From: Stegostoma tigrinum
Lineage: Eukaryota
Assembly (NCBI RefSeq): GCF_030684315.1
Contig: NC_081362.1
Location: 61,717,744 to 61,781,743 of the forward strand
Direction: 5' to 3'
Length of the DNA stretch: 64,000 nucleotides
Shown here: positions 25,165 through 38,590 of the stretch, piece by piece
How the letters are laid out: each line of letters begins with the position of its first letter
Numbering within the stretch: the first letter of the stretch is position 1
Notes under the pieces: generated by a model
What the model saw: the letters and a program-made list of their open reading frames with translations, nothing else
Told to the model about the DNA's origin: nothing
Database searches by the model: none
Translations under genes and position numbers: made by a program

Positions 25165-26250
25165 CTGTTAAAACACAATGAAAGAATAGTTAACTAATTT
25201 TGGAGAGAACACAATAAGACAACACTTCATATTTATGTAGGATATGTATGAGGATTAGAGTTGCAGAAATTACAACATTAGAGGTGGAAGTAGGAAGTAT
25301 TTGTGATGGAAATGGAATATAGTTACAGACGAAACTGGGGCTAAACGTGGATTGAGGGTGCAAACAATCTGGTACACACAGTCTGGGAAAGTGGTCTAAG
25401 AAAGTGATGAGTCCAAAGCTGAAGATTATTCCCTGAATTCTCCCTCAAAAGAAGAATGCATAAGAATCCAAGACCAGATAGTAGAAAAGCAGTCCAACAG
25501 TGTGAAGGATTAGAGATATAGCGATGGCGTTACCCATATACAAGAGGAAGATGATTAACAACTGAGGGGGATTATGTTGCTGAAGTCAGTCATATGGAAC
25601 AGAAGCAGTTGAGGGTATACCTTCAAAAAAAATCTACAGTGTAGATAGGAGGAAGGCTATTCCCAATATTTACAAATCAACAAGACTGGAAGCAAGCATT
25701 TGCTGTTCTGTTGAGTTGAACAATACAAGAGTAGCAAATTAAGAAAATTGCTGAGGTTTATCATATCAAAGTTTGCAGAGACCTCAAAGATGGGTAATGT
25801 ACATTACATTATATGTTATATTTTGGTTCCGAACGTACATTAAAGAAATCAAAACGATAGAGGCTGGAAGGGGCTGAATTCATGTTTGATAGGTTTCCAC
25901 ACTGCCATGTAGAAATGGCTCTGAAATTCACAAATCATGACAGCGGCAAAAAGAACACGATTACTGTTCACCATTGTTGTCCCCTCTACAGCCTTTGACA
26001 GAGCACGATAGGTGATCTCATCTCAAAGCTCAGGAGTTTGGTTAGTATGGGAATTCAGTGAAGTAAGGGAAGAATTTCTAACCTTGATTTTCCTTATCAA
26101 TTTGGATTGCACCAATTCAGCTGCTAGGAGATGGCACAAAACGTTTAATTTTTAAAATATAGTAAAAATAAAGGTTGTCTTTATAGGAGATAACAAAGTG
26201 TGGAGCTGGATGAACACAACAGACCAAACAGCATCTTAGGAGCACAAAAG

Positions 26251-26280
26251 CTGACGTTTCGGGCCTAGACCCTTCATCAG
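26251..26280 (-). ncRNA. Minimal type I hammerhead ribozyme motif (intact core) in PLE fragment 26187-26283
   Basis: CUGAUGA-A-GGGU-CUAG-GCCC-GAAA-CG-UC/AG on the - strand. Confidence 0.7.
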
Positions 26281-26449
26281 AAGCACAAAAATGTTGATAT
26301 TGATACTTAAAGCAGTTACTAAAAACAAAGAGTGGATCCAGTTGTCACAGGCCATGCAAGTGCCAACAACATAGGGCTTGGAAAGAAGTTCTACTCAGAT
26401 AATATGAGGAGCAAGGCACCAATCTGAAGACGAGAACGTCAACAGTAAT

Positions 26450-28530
26450 AATCTCTATTACTGGTAGAATAGACCAACACTAAAGGTTAGCTGTTACAAA
26501 GACAACAAGAAGAAAAGGTTAAAGGCTCCGTATCTTAATGCACATGGTATCCAGAAATTGAATGAATGGAGAGGGCACATTAAAGTAAATAAGCTTGATT
26601 TGACATCCACTGCAGAGACATTGCTGGGCTGCAAAGTGGCAAAGATTGGGTCCTGAATATCATGGGGCACACGACATGGAAGAAAAATAGCAAGCTCAGT
26701 AAAGGTGGAAGGACAGCATTGATAACCAAGGATGCCATTGGTGCAATGGTTACAGGCCACTTTAATTGAGTAGATCGGGATGTAGAATTAGTTTGGGTGG
26801 ACGTGAGAATTAGTCAAGTAAACTTGTCGTCAGTAGGACAGGCCCCGAACAGTAGCAACTTGTGGGATAAAATATACTACAAGAAATATTGAGTACCTAT
26901 ATAAAAAAGAGACACAATAATCATAAGCAATTTTAATCGACACATCAACTGGAAAAATTGTGAACAGTCACCTGCACAATGAGTTCACAGGATATTTCCA
27001 AGATAATTTCTTAAGGCAGCATTTCTGAAACAATAATTGTGTAATGTGACGGGAGTAATGATGTCAGAGTAGACAGCCTTAGGCAGCAGTGATCACAAAA
27101 TAATTGAATTTTACACTGTGTTTGGAAGGGAGAAGAGCAGGTCCAAGACGAGAATTGTGATCTGAAGTAAGTGAAATTCTGTGGGTGTGAAACCGGAGTT
27201 AGTAAGAGCACACTGGGATACCAAGTTAGGACAGACAGGTCAATTGAAAAGCAGGTCAGACGTTTAAGGTGCTATTTCTGGACACCAAGATGAAGTATAT
27301 TCTTCTTGCCACAAAGAAAAACTTGAAGGGAAGGGCCCATCATCCATAATTAATTAAAACCGTCAATGAAAATATCAAACTAAAGGAAAAGCACATAATT
27401 TAACAATTATGAGGGACAGATCAGACAATTAGTCAACATATGGCATCCAGCATGGACAAGAGCAGAGAATGATCCGGAAAAAGAAATTATAAAATGAGAG
27501 GAAACTAATCAGAAAATGTAAAAACAGATAACCAAAATTTCTACTGGTATCTGAAAAGGAAAAGAGTAAGTCAAGAGACCTTTGGTCCTCCAGAGATAGA
27601 AAGAATGGGATGTCAGCAATAGATAACATGGAAACAGCAGATTAAATGATAAATATTTTGCTTTCTTCACTAGTGAGGATACAAAAACATTCTATAATAA
27701 CTGGAGAGAGGAACTCAGTGAAATTACAATCACAGGGAAAGCAGTGCTGAACAAACTAATCGAATCGCAAGATGACGAGTACTCAGGTCCTGATGGACCT
27801 CCTCCTAGGGTCTGAATAAAAGAGATGGCTAATTGGGTAGTAATAATTTTATTCATTAATAGGATGAGGGCATCGCTGGCCAGGCAGCATTTATTGCCCA
27901 TCCCTAATTGTTCAGTGGGCAGTTCAGAGTTAATCACATTGCTGTGGGTCTGGAGTTACACGTAGGGCAGAGCAGGAAAAGATGGCAGCTTCCTCTCCTA
28001 GAGGACATCAGTGAACCAGATAGGTTTCTCCTGACAATCGGTATTGAATTCATGGTCATCAGTAGATTCTTAATTCCAGATATTTTATGAAATTCGAATT
28101 CCACCATCTGCCATAGGATTTGAACCCTGGTCCCCAGAACATCACCCAGGTCGCTGGATGAACTGTGCAGTGATGACACCACTAGGCCATTGCCTCCCCT
28201 ATAATGGTTTGTAGTTGCTGATAATTTTCCAAAATTCAGTGGATATTGGAAAGGTTCCATCAGATTGTAAGGTAGCAAATATAAACCGTCTATTCAAGGA
28301 GGGATGGGAGCAGAAAAAGGAAATAATAGGCCATTAAACTTGATATCTAGCATGGGGAAGACATTAGAATCAATGAGGAGGTTATTGCCGGGCATTTAGA
28401 ATTTCTGAGGAGCAAAGAGATCTAGATGTTCTCGTGCACACGCCACTAAAAGTTCAAATGCAAGTACAGCAAGTAATTAAGAAATTTAATGGACTGCTAT
28501 CCTTTATTTTGAGAGAAACTGAACATAAAG
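26450..28530 (+). mobile_element. Degraded CR1-type LINE ORF2, interrupted by a SINE
   Basis: Decayed endonuclease motifs (YLNA-like, DFN-like, SDH), SGPDG and NRP segments. Confidence 0.65.
27845..28200 (-). mobile_element. Second SINE family copy nested in CR1
   Basis: Reverse complement of the element at 14286. Confidence 0.75.
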
Positions 28531-29639
28531 TAAGTATAAAAGTGAAATACTACAAATACTAAATGGATATCTAAAATAAAACAATAAAAATTCAGCAGAT
28601 CTGACAACATCTGGGGAGAAAAGAGTTAGCATTTACAGTCCAAAAGGACACTTCTTCAAAACTGAAAGTAGATGCTGCCAGACCCGCTGAGTATCTCTGC
28701 TGTTATTATGGAAAAAAGGCCTGTGGGCTAATTACTACTTTATAGAACGTAGAACATAACAGCACAGTACAGGGCCCTTCGGCCCTCCGTGTTGTGCCGA
28801 CCTGTCGTACCGATCTCAAGCCCATCTAACATACACTATTCCATGTACTTTGAGCCAATAAAACAGTCTAAGAAGATGTTTGCAGTCTTATAAATGTGTT
28901 ATTGGAACAAATTGTGAGTTATATCTACAATGTATCCAAGCAGTGATGGAACACTCATTATCTGTGGGTTCAATAACATTTTGCTGAGAGACAGCCTTTT
29001 GATTGGTTTTTCAAATGGGTTGAGCTGATGTAGGCTCAGAAGGCCTCAGCATAAATAACAACCATGTGATTTGATCCGCAGTTACTACTTGGCATACAGG
29101 CAATGCAACTGAAACACTCAGCCTGCCATGAAAAACCTTCCATCTTTCTCTTCCTCTGTGTGCAGTAAAACAATAGGGGTTAAAAAATGCCTTCAGAGAC
29201 ACTAGAGAGGCGAATGCTGAACCCATGAATGAATAACCAAAAATTAGTGTAACCACAACCCCGTATTGTTAATAAAAGGAGTTGAAAGAAAACAAATTAT
29301 CAGAATGTGTTGTCTGGCTTGGTACCAGAACTATACCCCTTACTTTTTTTGTAAAATCTGCTTCCATGTACAATATTTGAGTGCTGAACCACATCTTCTT
29401 ATACCTGTTTGTGTGTCTGGGAATTTTAACAAAGGGATAGCACCTATGTTACAGGGTTATAGTTTTACAATTCAACGTATCTATGTTTTGCCATTACTGT
29501 AATCAAGTGCATTTTTAAACAGTTATTTTCTTATTAATGGAAAAAGAGCCTAGTGTAGATATACTTTTGATCTAAATTAGACATTCAGTGGATGAATCAG
29601 ATCTGTGACAATTCCATGAATAACGGGGCTTGATTTCCA

Positions 29640-30470
29640 TCACACTACTTCAGTGAATCAAGACAATCGGAAGGTTGTGAATGTGCTGGAGCCCATCAGA
29701 GAAGTTTGACGGGATTGATAACTGAAATACAGGGTTTGTCATGAGGAAACGTTGGACAGGCTGGGCTTATTTCCACAGAGTTTAGAAAGGTGAGGTAGAA
29801 CTCGACCGATGTATAAAATCTTGAATGGTGTTGATGAGGTGGACATAGAAGGGCTATTTCCTATTGCGCTGAGTTCAGAACTGGGGTGGGGTGCTGTTTA
29901 AGAATTTGGGGTTACTGTTTTAGGACAGAGGGCGTGCAACTTTGGAACTCCTTAGAAAGTGGTACAGCTGGGAATCACTGAATATTTTTAAATTGGAGGT
30001 AAACAGATTTTTGCTGGACAAGGAAATTCAGGGTTATAGGGGGTAGATGGCAACGTGAAATTCAAAACATAATCAGCCTTGACCTTACTGACTGTCACAG
30101 CAGGGCTGAGGTGCTGAATAGCCTATTTCTATTTATTATGCGCATATTGGATCATACAAAATTCTGATGGACTTTAACAGGATAGGCATTGAGTGAATGA
30201 TTCCCTTCACTGGAAAATCTAGAGCCAGGAGGTATAATTTAAAAATAGGAGGGCCTCATTTAAGAATGTGATCAGGAGGATCAATTGTCTTGAACTTCTC
30301 TTTCGCAAAGAACAATGGAAATTGAGTCATTGAATATATTCAAGGTTGTGTTTGGCAAATTACTGCTCAGCAAGGAAATCAAGCAGAATTAAGGCCATAA
30401 TCAGATCAGCCATGATCTTACTGAATGATTGAACTCAATGCGCTAAGTGGCCTGCTCCTGTTCTTGAGTA
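29640..30470 (+). mobile_element. Two old CR1 3'-end fragments
   Basis: Decayed LGLFxLExRRxR and WNSL motifs plus 3' UTRs. Confidence 0.6.
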
Positions 30471-31473
30471 AAACATATACTTAGAAAACCACCTGCAATG
30501 ACTTGTCTTCCCCGCTCCAGCAATGTGACTTCTCATGTCCCCCAAGAATCTGTCTTTTGCGCATCTTGTTTCTAATCTAGCTGTTGCCATTCAAATACAG
30601 AATGCGAAACATATCACTTTCCACATGTATACTGATGGCTGTATGTCACCGGACCTCTCCACTGTTTCTAATTTGTCAAGCCATCATCCAGTATACAGCA
30701 GAACATCCATCAACCTAAGATTAGGAAGAAAGAGGTCACAAAGTCTAGGCCACAAATTGTTTGCTGACCATCAACTCCACCCCTGTCCTTGGAAACTGTC
30801 TTTCACCTGTTTAGAACGTTAATGGCATAGTTGCTATTCCAAGAAGACATTGCAACCACATAACTATGCCATAACTTGGAGTGTCTACTTCTACCTCCAT
30901 AATATCATCCAGCTCTGATCCATTTCAGCTCATCTGCTGCTCAAAATCTCACCCATGGACGTAATGGCCTCCAGATTTGAGTATGCCAATTAACTCCCAG
31001 ATGGTCTGCCACTTTCTATTTTCCACAAACTTAAGGTCATCCAATACTGTTACCCATTCATCTATCGCCTTCATGTTCAGTGACCTACATTGACTCCCAT
31101 TCAAGAATTGCCTCAATTACAAATTTTAGATCTTTAGTTTCCAATTTTTATGAAGACCTCACCTCTCTCCCAGTTCCACAGCCTTCCAAGATTTGTGACC
31201 TTCTCTAAGGCCAGACTCCTGAACATTCCCAATCTTAAAAACTCCAATGCTTTCAGCAACCAAATCTCCATGATCTGGAATTTCCTCCAAAAACATCTCA
31301 GCCTTGCTTTCTCCCTTGAATATAATACTTAAAATATACCTTCTTGAACAAAGTTTTTGACCATGCGCTATAATCGCTGTTGCCCAATGAAATTTTGAAA
31401 TATAATTTATGTAACAAAATCAAAAAACTATATCCTCAAAGTTATTCAAGTGTTATGTTGCTTCAGCAAGTAC

Positions 31474-31671
31474 CTTGTTGCCAGCTCCTCCAACCCTTAT
31501 TATTTCATCAGCATTCATCGCAGAAATGCAGTCATTTACCAGCCTATTGCTGTGGGAACGAGTCGTAGTGATGATATGTTTCCCTTCTGGCACTTCCTTC
31601 AATTGAATTCCAAACACTCCAAGATTCAGAACACCCCAAATGGTCCGACCCAGAACAGCACCAGCTCCAGC
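31474..31671 (-). CDS. BPNT1: BPNT1 coding exon 6
   Basis: 198 nt, atttcag|...|gtactt. Encodes [66 protein letters not shown]. Confidence 0.97.
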
Positions 31672-31744
31672 CTGAAATAAAATTATGCTTTCAAAAGTAA
31701 TACATTCATACAAAATGAGTATTTTTCTTCTGGCATATAACTTG

Positions 31745-32038
31745 CTCTGGATGTGAGTTTGCTCGCTGAACTGGAAGGTTAGTTTTCAGACGTTTTGTCA
31801 CCATTCTAGGTAACATCATCAGTGAGCCTCTGATGAAGCGCTGGTGTTATGTCCTGCTTTCTAAAAAATTCTAAACAGATAAATAGAAAGCAGGACATGA
31901 CACCACCGCTTCATCGGAGGCTCACTGATGATGTTACCTAGAATGGTGACGAAACGTCTGAAAACTAACCTTCCAGTTCAGCGAGCAAACTCACATCCAG
32001 AAACTCAACCTGAGCTACAAATCTTCTCAAAACTTGCT
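31745..32038. mobile_element. PLE-type insertion forming a 118-bp hairpin
   Basis: Arms 31746-31863 and 31884-32001 (4 mismatches); 10-bp TSD atataacttg at 31735-31744 and 32039-32048. Confidence 0.85.
31921..31961 (+). ncRNA. Minimal type I hammerhead ribozyme motif (intact core)
   Basis: uca-CUGAUGA-U-GUUACC-uagaau-GGUGAC-GAAA-CG-UC/uga; predicted cleavage after 31958. Confidence 0.7.
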
Positions 32039-32840
32039 ATATAACTTGTTTTCTGAAATTAATTTTTACTCACTTCATATTCAACACAGTAAGTGGTTAG
32101 AATCTGGGGCACTCAAACAGCTATTTTCTTCAGTGTTTTTCTTAAACCAGTACGTTATGAAAAGAAAGCTGTAGTGGCCAAAAATTGCTTCAAAAAGACC
32201 CATGTAAACTTTACCCCTTCGTAATTGAAGAAGCAAAAAGTGACAGTCGCTACTTCTGTGATACACACAAAAGCACACTTTTAGGTGTGTCAAAGATTGA
32301 ACATGATTGTTGATAATGCTTTGCCTCTTCTTAGTATTAACATCTGGAAAACAAAAAAGGCGTCTTGGGCTTCCACCAATAGAAAGAAGATGCTTTAAAT
32401 CAGACTTGGACCACTGGTTCTTCATTTCCCTCCATTCATCAGCACAGCTAGGACTAGCAGCGTAAGTCAGCTGTAAAATTAAGGCGATGCTTCAATTGTA
32501 TAGAGAAGGTGCTGGAAACACTCAACATCAGTGAGCATCCGTGCAGAGAGAATCAAAGTTCATGGTTCAACTCGAAGTTTCACAACAAACTCGTTTGGAA
32601 AGTATCTCAGTAACTTCCATAATTTATGAGCAGCTATGTTCAAGTGAAAAGATTGAGTGAATGGCAGCAGTAAAATGCGGTGGGAGACACGCTAGCAGAT
32701 ATTGATGCTGGTAACTCACTAATTATGATGGAAAAAGAAGAGCATATCAATTGCATTCCATCACATTGCTCTATTGTTGAGATTATCAGTTTGCTGGGCA
32801 AGAGCTTTGAAAAAAAATGCTAACTTTTTAAAAACCGTAC

Positions 32841-32932
32841 CTGATAATTGTAATATGGCTGATTGATTACACCAGCTATTGCTTTACCGTCATAAGCAAT
32901 TCCAATAAGCACAGTCACATGATCCAAGAGAC
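32841..32932 (-). CDS. BPNT1: BPNT1 coding exon 5
   Basis: 92 nt, ttcacag|...|gtacgg. Encodes (G)[30 protein letters not shown]. Confidence 0.97.
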
Positions 32933-33498
32933 CTGTGAATCAAAACATTCAAATTAATATAAGCCTAATTCAAAGGTAAATTCAGCTGTCTCATGCAAGA
33001 AATACCTCTTCATGTCAGCCAAGAATCCTGGAACTTTCATCATGAAAGAAAATAGAATTGATTTGTTTGTTTCAAAATAATTCAAGTGGTAACTTGCAAC
33101 AAAAATCAAATTCAAAGTGCATTTCAGCAAATCTGATTTAATCAAAGAAAATATTAACTATTTTTGTAAAAAGCAAAGGGATATCCTGATAGCTAAGACT
33201 GCTAAACTTTCTCCATCTCAAACAGGAGAATGAGCCATTTAACACTTGCATTCAACATATATTATACAAGAGGTAACAGAAACACAATGATATTTTATGG
33301 CACTCAAAGCCAAAACTTACCCTCAGGTAGAGTGTTGTCGGGATGAAACACTCAAGAGTTCATTAACTTATGATTACCCAATTCAAGAGGTTTACAGCCT
33401 AATAATTCCCTTGGTTTTACAATTCTCTTTGTGTTTGGTAACATCATGAAAAATATAAAAGATGAGCCCAGATGATGCTAAAACAATCAAATGCTTAC

Positions 33499-33547
33499 CT
33501 TCGGTGTATTCCTTTGTGCCATCAAGTGGATCGACCCAAACCACAAT
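33499..33547 (-). CDS. BPNT1: BPNT1 coding exon 4
   Basis: 49 nt, ttctcag|...|gtaagc. Encodes IVVWVDPLDGTKEYTE-G, with the metal-binding DPLDGT motif. Confidence 0.97.
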
Positions 33548-34756
33548 CTGAGAAAGTGTATTGAATTTTTCTATAAGATAATCATTCTTCTGGATACAGA
33601 ATTACACAAACTAACAAGGCTGTTACTCCTATTTTTCAGTGCTGTAGACACACACAAATTGTACAAGTGCATGATAATACTGATTTCTGCTCTGGGTACA
33701 GATAGTGCTCAATCACACTATAATCACTGCCTGCCACTGCATGACATTCCACCTATGAGGCCTGCCCAATTTTCATTTTCACCTTATACACAATGAACAA
33801 AAGAACATCCTCACTAATAACTCTACTCCACACTCATTTGCAGAACAAAGCAGAGAATTCCAGACACAAGTTAAAACCTGGCCGAGTACTACCAGATTTC
33901 ATGGAAGTGACCCCAGCAGAGGAATTATTAGGGTTGGGAACATCATCAGCAGAGAAGGGCAACGGATTTCATTTATACTCACTTATCTCCCAAAACCACT
34001 TGAGCTTATTTCAACATAATCAAAAGTAAAACTAAATGTTTCCACGTCCTTGCCAACATTACTACATCTGTGCAGGCGTCAGCACATTGAGTAGGCATGT
34101 TAACCAAACAGATTAACTATCCTTCGGCAAGTTTGACAGCAAGAGCAAATGGAATAGAAACTGAGGGGCACATGTCCTCAGTTTCTCCTCAGTGGAACAA
34201 GGACGTACAAATCCCTGGTCCACCCACAAGAAATGGAATACATGAGATACACAAACAAACACGTGCAGTGTTGAAATTCTGGTCCAAGCATTGAAGAATC
34301 CCCTTCCTTCATCTATGGAATCCTCAACCCTACAATGTACCCTGGAGTGTGTTGTCACCACCAGGGATATTGCAACAGGGTCCTCACTGTAAATGGCTGG
34401 TATAACTGATTTTGCAAGTGAAGCAATCAGATTCTGATTTTACTTTCATGTATTACCTTCTGAGTGTTGGAATTTTCTATTTGGGGTATATGAGAGTACA
34501 TTTTTCTCTTCCTTTGAAGCTGCCTGCATTGGATCTTCAATCACAATGCCCCTCAGAGCAGAGGGGAATAATCTACCAATGTCACTCCACAGCCACCTTT
34601 CCAGGAATCTTTTAAACTGGAAACAAAACTTAATTGCTCTACCTGTTTTCAAAAACCTAGATCTATATACCATGTCCAGAAATTAAAACCGAGTTTTAAA
34701 CAGAGTCTTTTCTGCTTATATACCATTCACATTTTGTTAAATTTGTTACATTTCAC

Positions 34757-34864
34757 CTCATCTTCCTTGACGTGGCTGTATTGAGTTGGACAGGAGTACT
34801 TCAATACATCTTCAGATTGACCAGCTTCAATTAAACTTTCATCTACATCTTGGGTTGACAATTC
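34757..34864 (-). CDS. BPNT1: BPNT1 coding exon 3
   Basis: 108 nt, attttag|...|gtgaaa. Encodes ELSTQDVDESLIEAGQSEDVLKYSCPTQYSHVKEDE. Confidence 0.94.
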
Positions 34865-35753
34865 CTAAAATAAAAATGATGGAATTAACAAAAATATCCC
34901 TTCAAGAAATTTACACCATCATTCATTTGCATGGATACCAGTGTCACTGGTAAGGGACAAATGATGCAGACGCTTAGAAGCCCATGCTTAATGTTAGTGA
35001 AAGCACACTTGAAGTTTAGAGTTCTTTTCAAAGAATGTTCATCAGATTTCTTTGGGGGGATGAAAGGATTGCTTGTCAGTGCAGTTGAGATTTCAACTCA
35101 TCAGAGTCCAGAAGAACGAAAAATAACCTTACTAAAACATACAAAATTATGTTGGGACATGAAAAGTGAGTTGCTGGAAGGATATTTCCTCTGTAAGGGG
35201 TATCTAACACTAGAGTGCATCACTTCAAAATAAGAGTCACTCATTTAAAATGGAGAAGATATTCCTTTCCTCGTAGGGTGCAGAATCTTTGGATTCTTCA
35301 ACTCTCAAGAGTTGTGGAGGGTGAATCGTCGAACATATTGAAGATGGAGTTACATATTTTGTTTGAACGGCAGGGCATTCAAGTATTATGGGAAACAAAG
35401 AGGAATTGAGGCCAAGATTAAATCAACCATGATCATACTGAATGACTGAGCAAGCATGAGAGGTCATATGACTTACTCATGCTCCGATTTCTCACTTTGT
35501 ACCTTTCTCCCATTGATCTTGTATGAATATATCGCATGGAAAAGATGAGCAAGAGAATTGTCATGAAGACAAATGAAAGGTCAAGGGTAGCCAGGTAACC
35601 TTGTAAAAAATGTTACTTAAAAAGAAAGGCAATTAATATGCCAGCTTTTCTTATCAGAGCATGTCACAAATTGGGACAGGAAACTACACTAAGAGGATAT
35701 CCACAGAACAAATAAAAATGAATTAAATATTTAGAAATTTTGTACTTCCATAC

Positions 35754-35858
35754 CTCCTCTCCAATTATAGTTAGTTTGGGGAATTTGCGGGCCAGTGACG
35801 AGCAGATGCTTATCTGCACCAATCGATCAGCCTTTGTTTGTAGATCATTGGCTCCAGT
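35754..35858 (-). CDS. BPNT1: BPNT1 coding exon 2
   Basis: 105 nt, aacgtag|...|gtatgg. Encodes [35 protein letters not shown]. Confidence 0.97.
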
Positions 35859-36754
35859 CTACGTTAGAAATACGAAAAAAATGAAAATATAAACAAATAT
35901 CCAAGCAGAGTTCAGAAGAGTCAGACTGGACTTGAAACATTAATTCTGTTTCTCTTTTCACAGATGCTGCCACATGTGCTGAGTTTCTCCAGCATTTTCT
36001 GTGTTACTTACTTGTATTACATTCCACGACAGACCAGAAAGCTGTTCACTACACGACTGACAGTCTATGCCACGTTATTGGGACAGCGTAGTATATGTAA
36101 GAGTTATTAACCTGAAGCAAAGAAACTAAACTGAACTTGTCAAATTTTCATAACACTTACCTCCCTCTCCCCCTATAATTCTTTCCCCATCACCCTGCAT
36201 TTTTCCTTTTTTGCATCCTATTTTGAAAGCTCACATGGGATCCACTTCTACCAATCTGATTCTTCTGCCAATTATTTTAAATCCATGATTTAGCTGCCTG
36301 CCAGTTGACACAGTTTCTTCTTACTTACTCTAGCAAAACTTTGATAAATCATTAGTGAGATCTCAGTCAGAACGTCTCCAGCACTGGGGTGGCAAAGGCT
36401 CAGAAGGATGTCAAAGCCTCGGAAAAGATTCATAGTAATATTACAAAAATTATGCAAAAACAGGAAGGACTATGTTTATGTTGAGACAAAATAGATAATG
36501 TGGAACAGTGGTTTAAGGGAAGATTTTTCAATACGTGTTTCAAATTATTCCAATATACAGGGGGATCTTGTGGTGCAGCAGTTATGTCCCTACATCTAGA
36601 CTAAGAAACCCAGGTTTAAGTCACACGTGCTGTAGAGCTATGTGATAGCAACTCTGAACAGGCTAATTAGAAAATAGAAAAAAAACACAGGTACACTTAT
36701 GTTTGCAGCACCAAAGGAGGTCAACTGTTATTATTTTTAAAATTTAGTTGGACG

Positions 36755-38060
36755 GTTGTAAAATCCACATCGATACCATTGGGTTGCAGGGTTCCCAAGC
36801 GGAATATGAGTTGCTGTTCCTGCAATCTACGGGTGGCATCACTGTGGCATTGCAGGAGGCCCAGGATGGACATGTCGTCTAAGGAATGGTCGAGGGCGTT
36901 CTCGACCACAGCGGGGGTGCGGGTGCGGTCCTTGAAGAACAAGGACATCTGGGATGTACGAGAGTGGAATGCCTCATCCTGGGAGCAGATGCAGCGGTGG
37001 CAAAGGTGGGAGGAGGTGTATTCCAAGTAGCTGTGGGAGTCGGTGGGCTTGAAATGGACACCAGTTTCTAGGTGGTTGCCTGAGATGGAGACAGAGAGGT
37101 CCAAGAAGGTGAGGGATGTGTTGGAGATGGTCCAGGTGAACTTAAGTTTGGGGTGGAAGGTGTTGGTGAAGTGGGTGAGCTGAAGGTTGGGGTGGAAGGT
37201 GTTCAAGAACGCCCTTGACCGTGTCTCCCGCATTTCCTGCAACTCATCCCTGACACCCCAACCCCACAATAACCACCAACAGAGAATCCCCCTAGTCTTC
37301 ACATACCACCCCACCAACCTCTGAATACAACGCATCATCCTCCAACACTTCTGCCATCTACAATCCAACCCCACCACCAAAGATAGTTTTCCATCTCCAC
37401 CCTTGTCGGCCTTCCGGAGAGACCACTCTCTCCGCAACTCTCTTGTCTGCTCCACACTCCCCTCCAACCCCACCACACCTGGCACTTTCCCCTGCCACCG
37501 CAGGAAATACTATATTTGCCCCCACACCTCCTCCCTCACCCCCATCCCAGGCCCCAAGACGACTTTCCACATCAGGCAGATGTTCACCTGCACATCCACC
37601 AATGTGGTATACTGCATCCGCTGTACCTGTTGTGACTTCCTCTACATTGGGGAAACCCTAGCGAGCCTTGGGGACCGCTTTGCGGAACACCTACGCTCCC
37701 TCCACTGCGTCCCAAAACCAGCCCAGCTAATCCCCGCCTCTCTAACCTGTTCTTCCTCTCACCTCCCCCTCCTCAAGCCGCACCTCCATTTCCTATCTAC
37801 TAACCTCATCCCACCCCCTTGACTTGTCCGTCCTCCCTGGACTGACCTATCCCCTCCCTACCTCCCAATCTATATTCTCCTCTCCACCTATCTTCTCCTC
37901 TATCCATCTTCAGCCGCCTCCCCCACTCTCCCGATTTATTTCAGAATCCTTTTCCCATCCCCCTTTTCTGATGAGGGGTCTAAGCCCAAAACGTCAGCTT
38001 TTGTGCTCCTGGGATTCTGCTTGGCCTGCTGTGTTCATCCAGCTCCACACCTTGTCATTC
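36755..38060. mobile_element. Rearranged Penelope-like retroelement (RT thumb on -, GIY-YIG endonuclease on +)
   Basis: Minus strand: FHPKLKFTWTIS...FLDLSVS...FKPTDSHSYLEYTSSH. Plus strand: IPLVFTYHP...FRRDHSLRNSLV...FTCTSTNVVYCIRCTCCDFLYIGET...RFAEH. Terminal region has a hammerhead-like motif from 37968 (G12>A). Confidence 0.9.
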
Positions 38061-38590
38061 ATTATAGGTTGCGTTTTCAACTCCCAAAAAGCTTTAGGTT
38101 TAGGTATGCATTTTTATAGCAGTTGTAGAACTGGCGGGCAGCATTACCTTATGGATATCTCCAAAAGGTGTACAATTCAAAACATTTTAGAAATAATCTT
38201 AAAAGCCAGAAGGTCCCAGGTATGGACTCCTTTGATTGCACCAAGTTAGCTGATCTCAGTCAGGGCAGCATCTCACGAGCTACAACCGGACTCAGCACTC
38301 ATTGCACGAAAAGTCAAAGTCTGTGGCCATCAGGTAGGAAGGCTGGGGTCCTCCATGGTTGGCTAACCTCTTTCCACCCGCAGTTCAGGCTCATGCACAA
38401 TGACCACTTGGCAGAAAAACACAAGGGCCATCAGTGCCTCTGGAACTGTATCTTAAAAGAAGTGAATGCCTTCAGGAAAACAAAACACAATTCAAAAATA
38501 AATGCACAGACCAAGGCAATTACGCACTCGTGTTCTCCCCCCAAGATCTTCTCCATTAATCGGCAAAACACAAGGTGATTACGGTATAAT

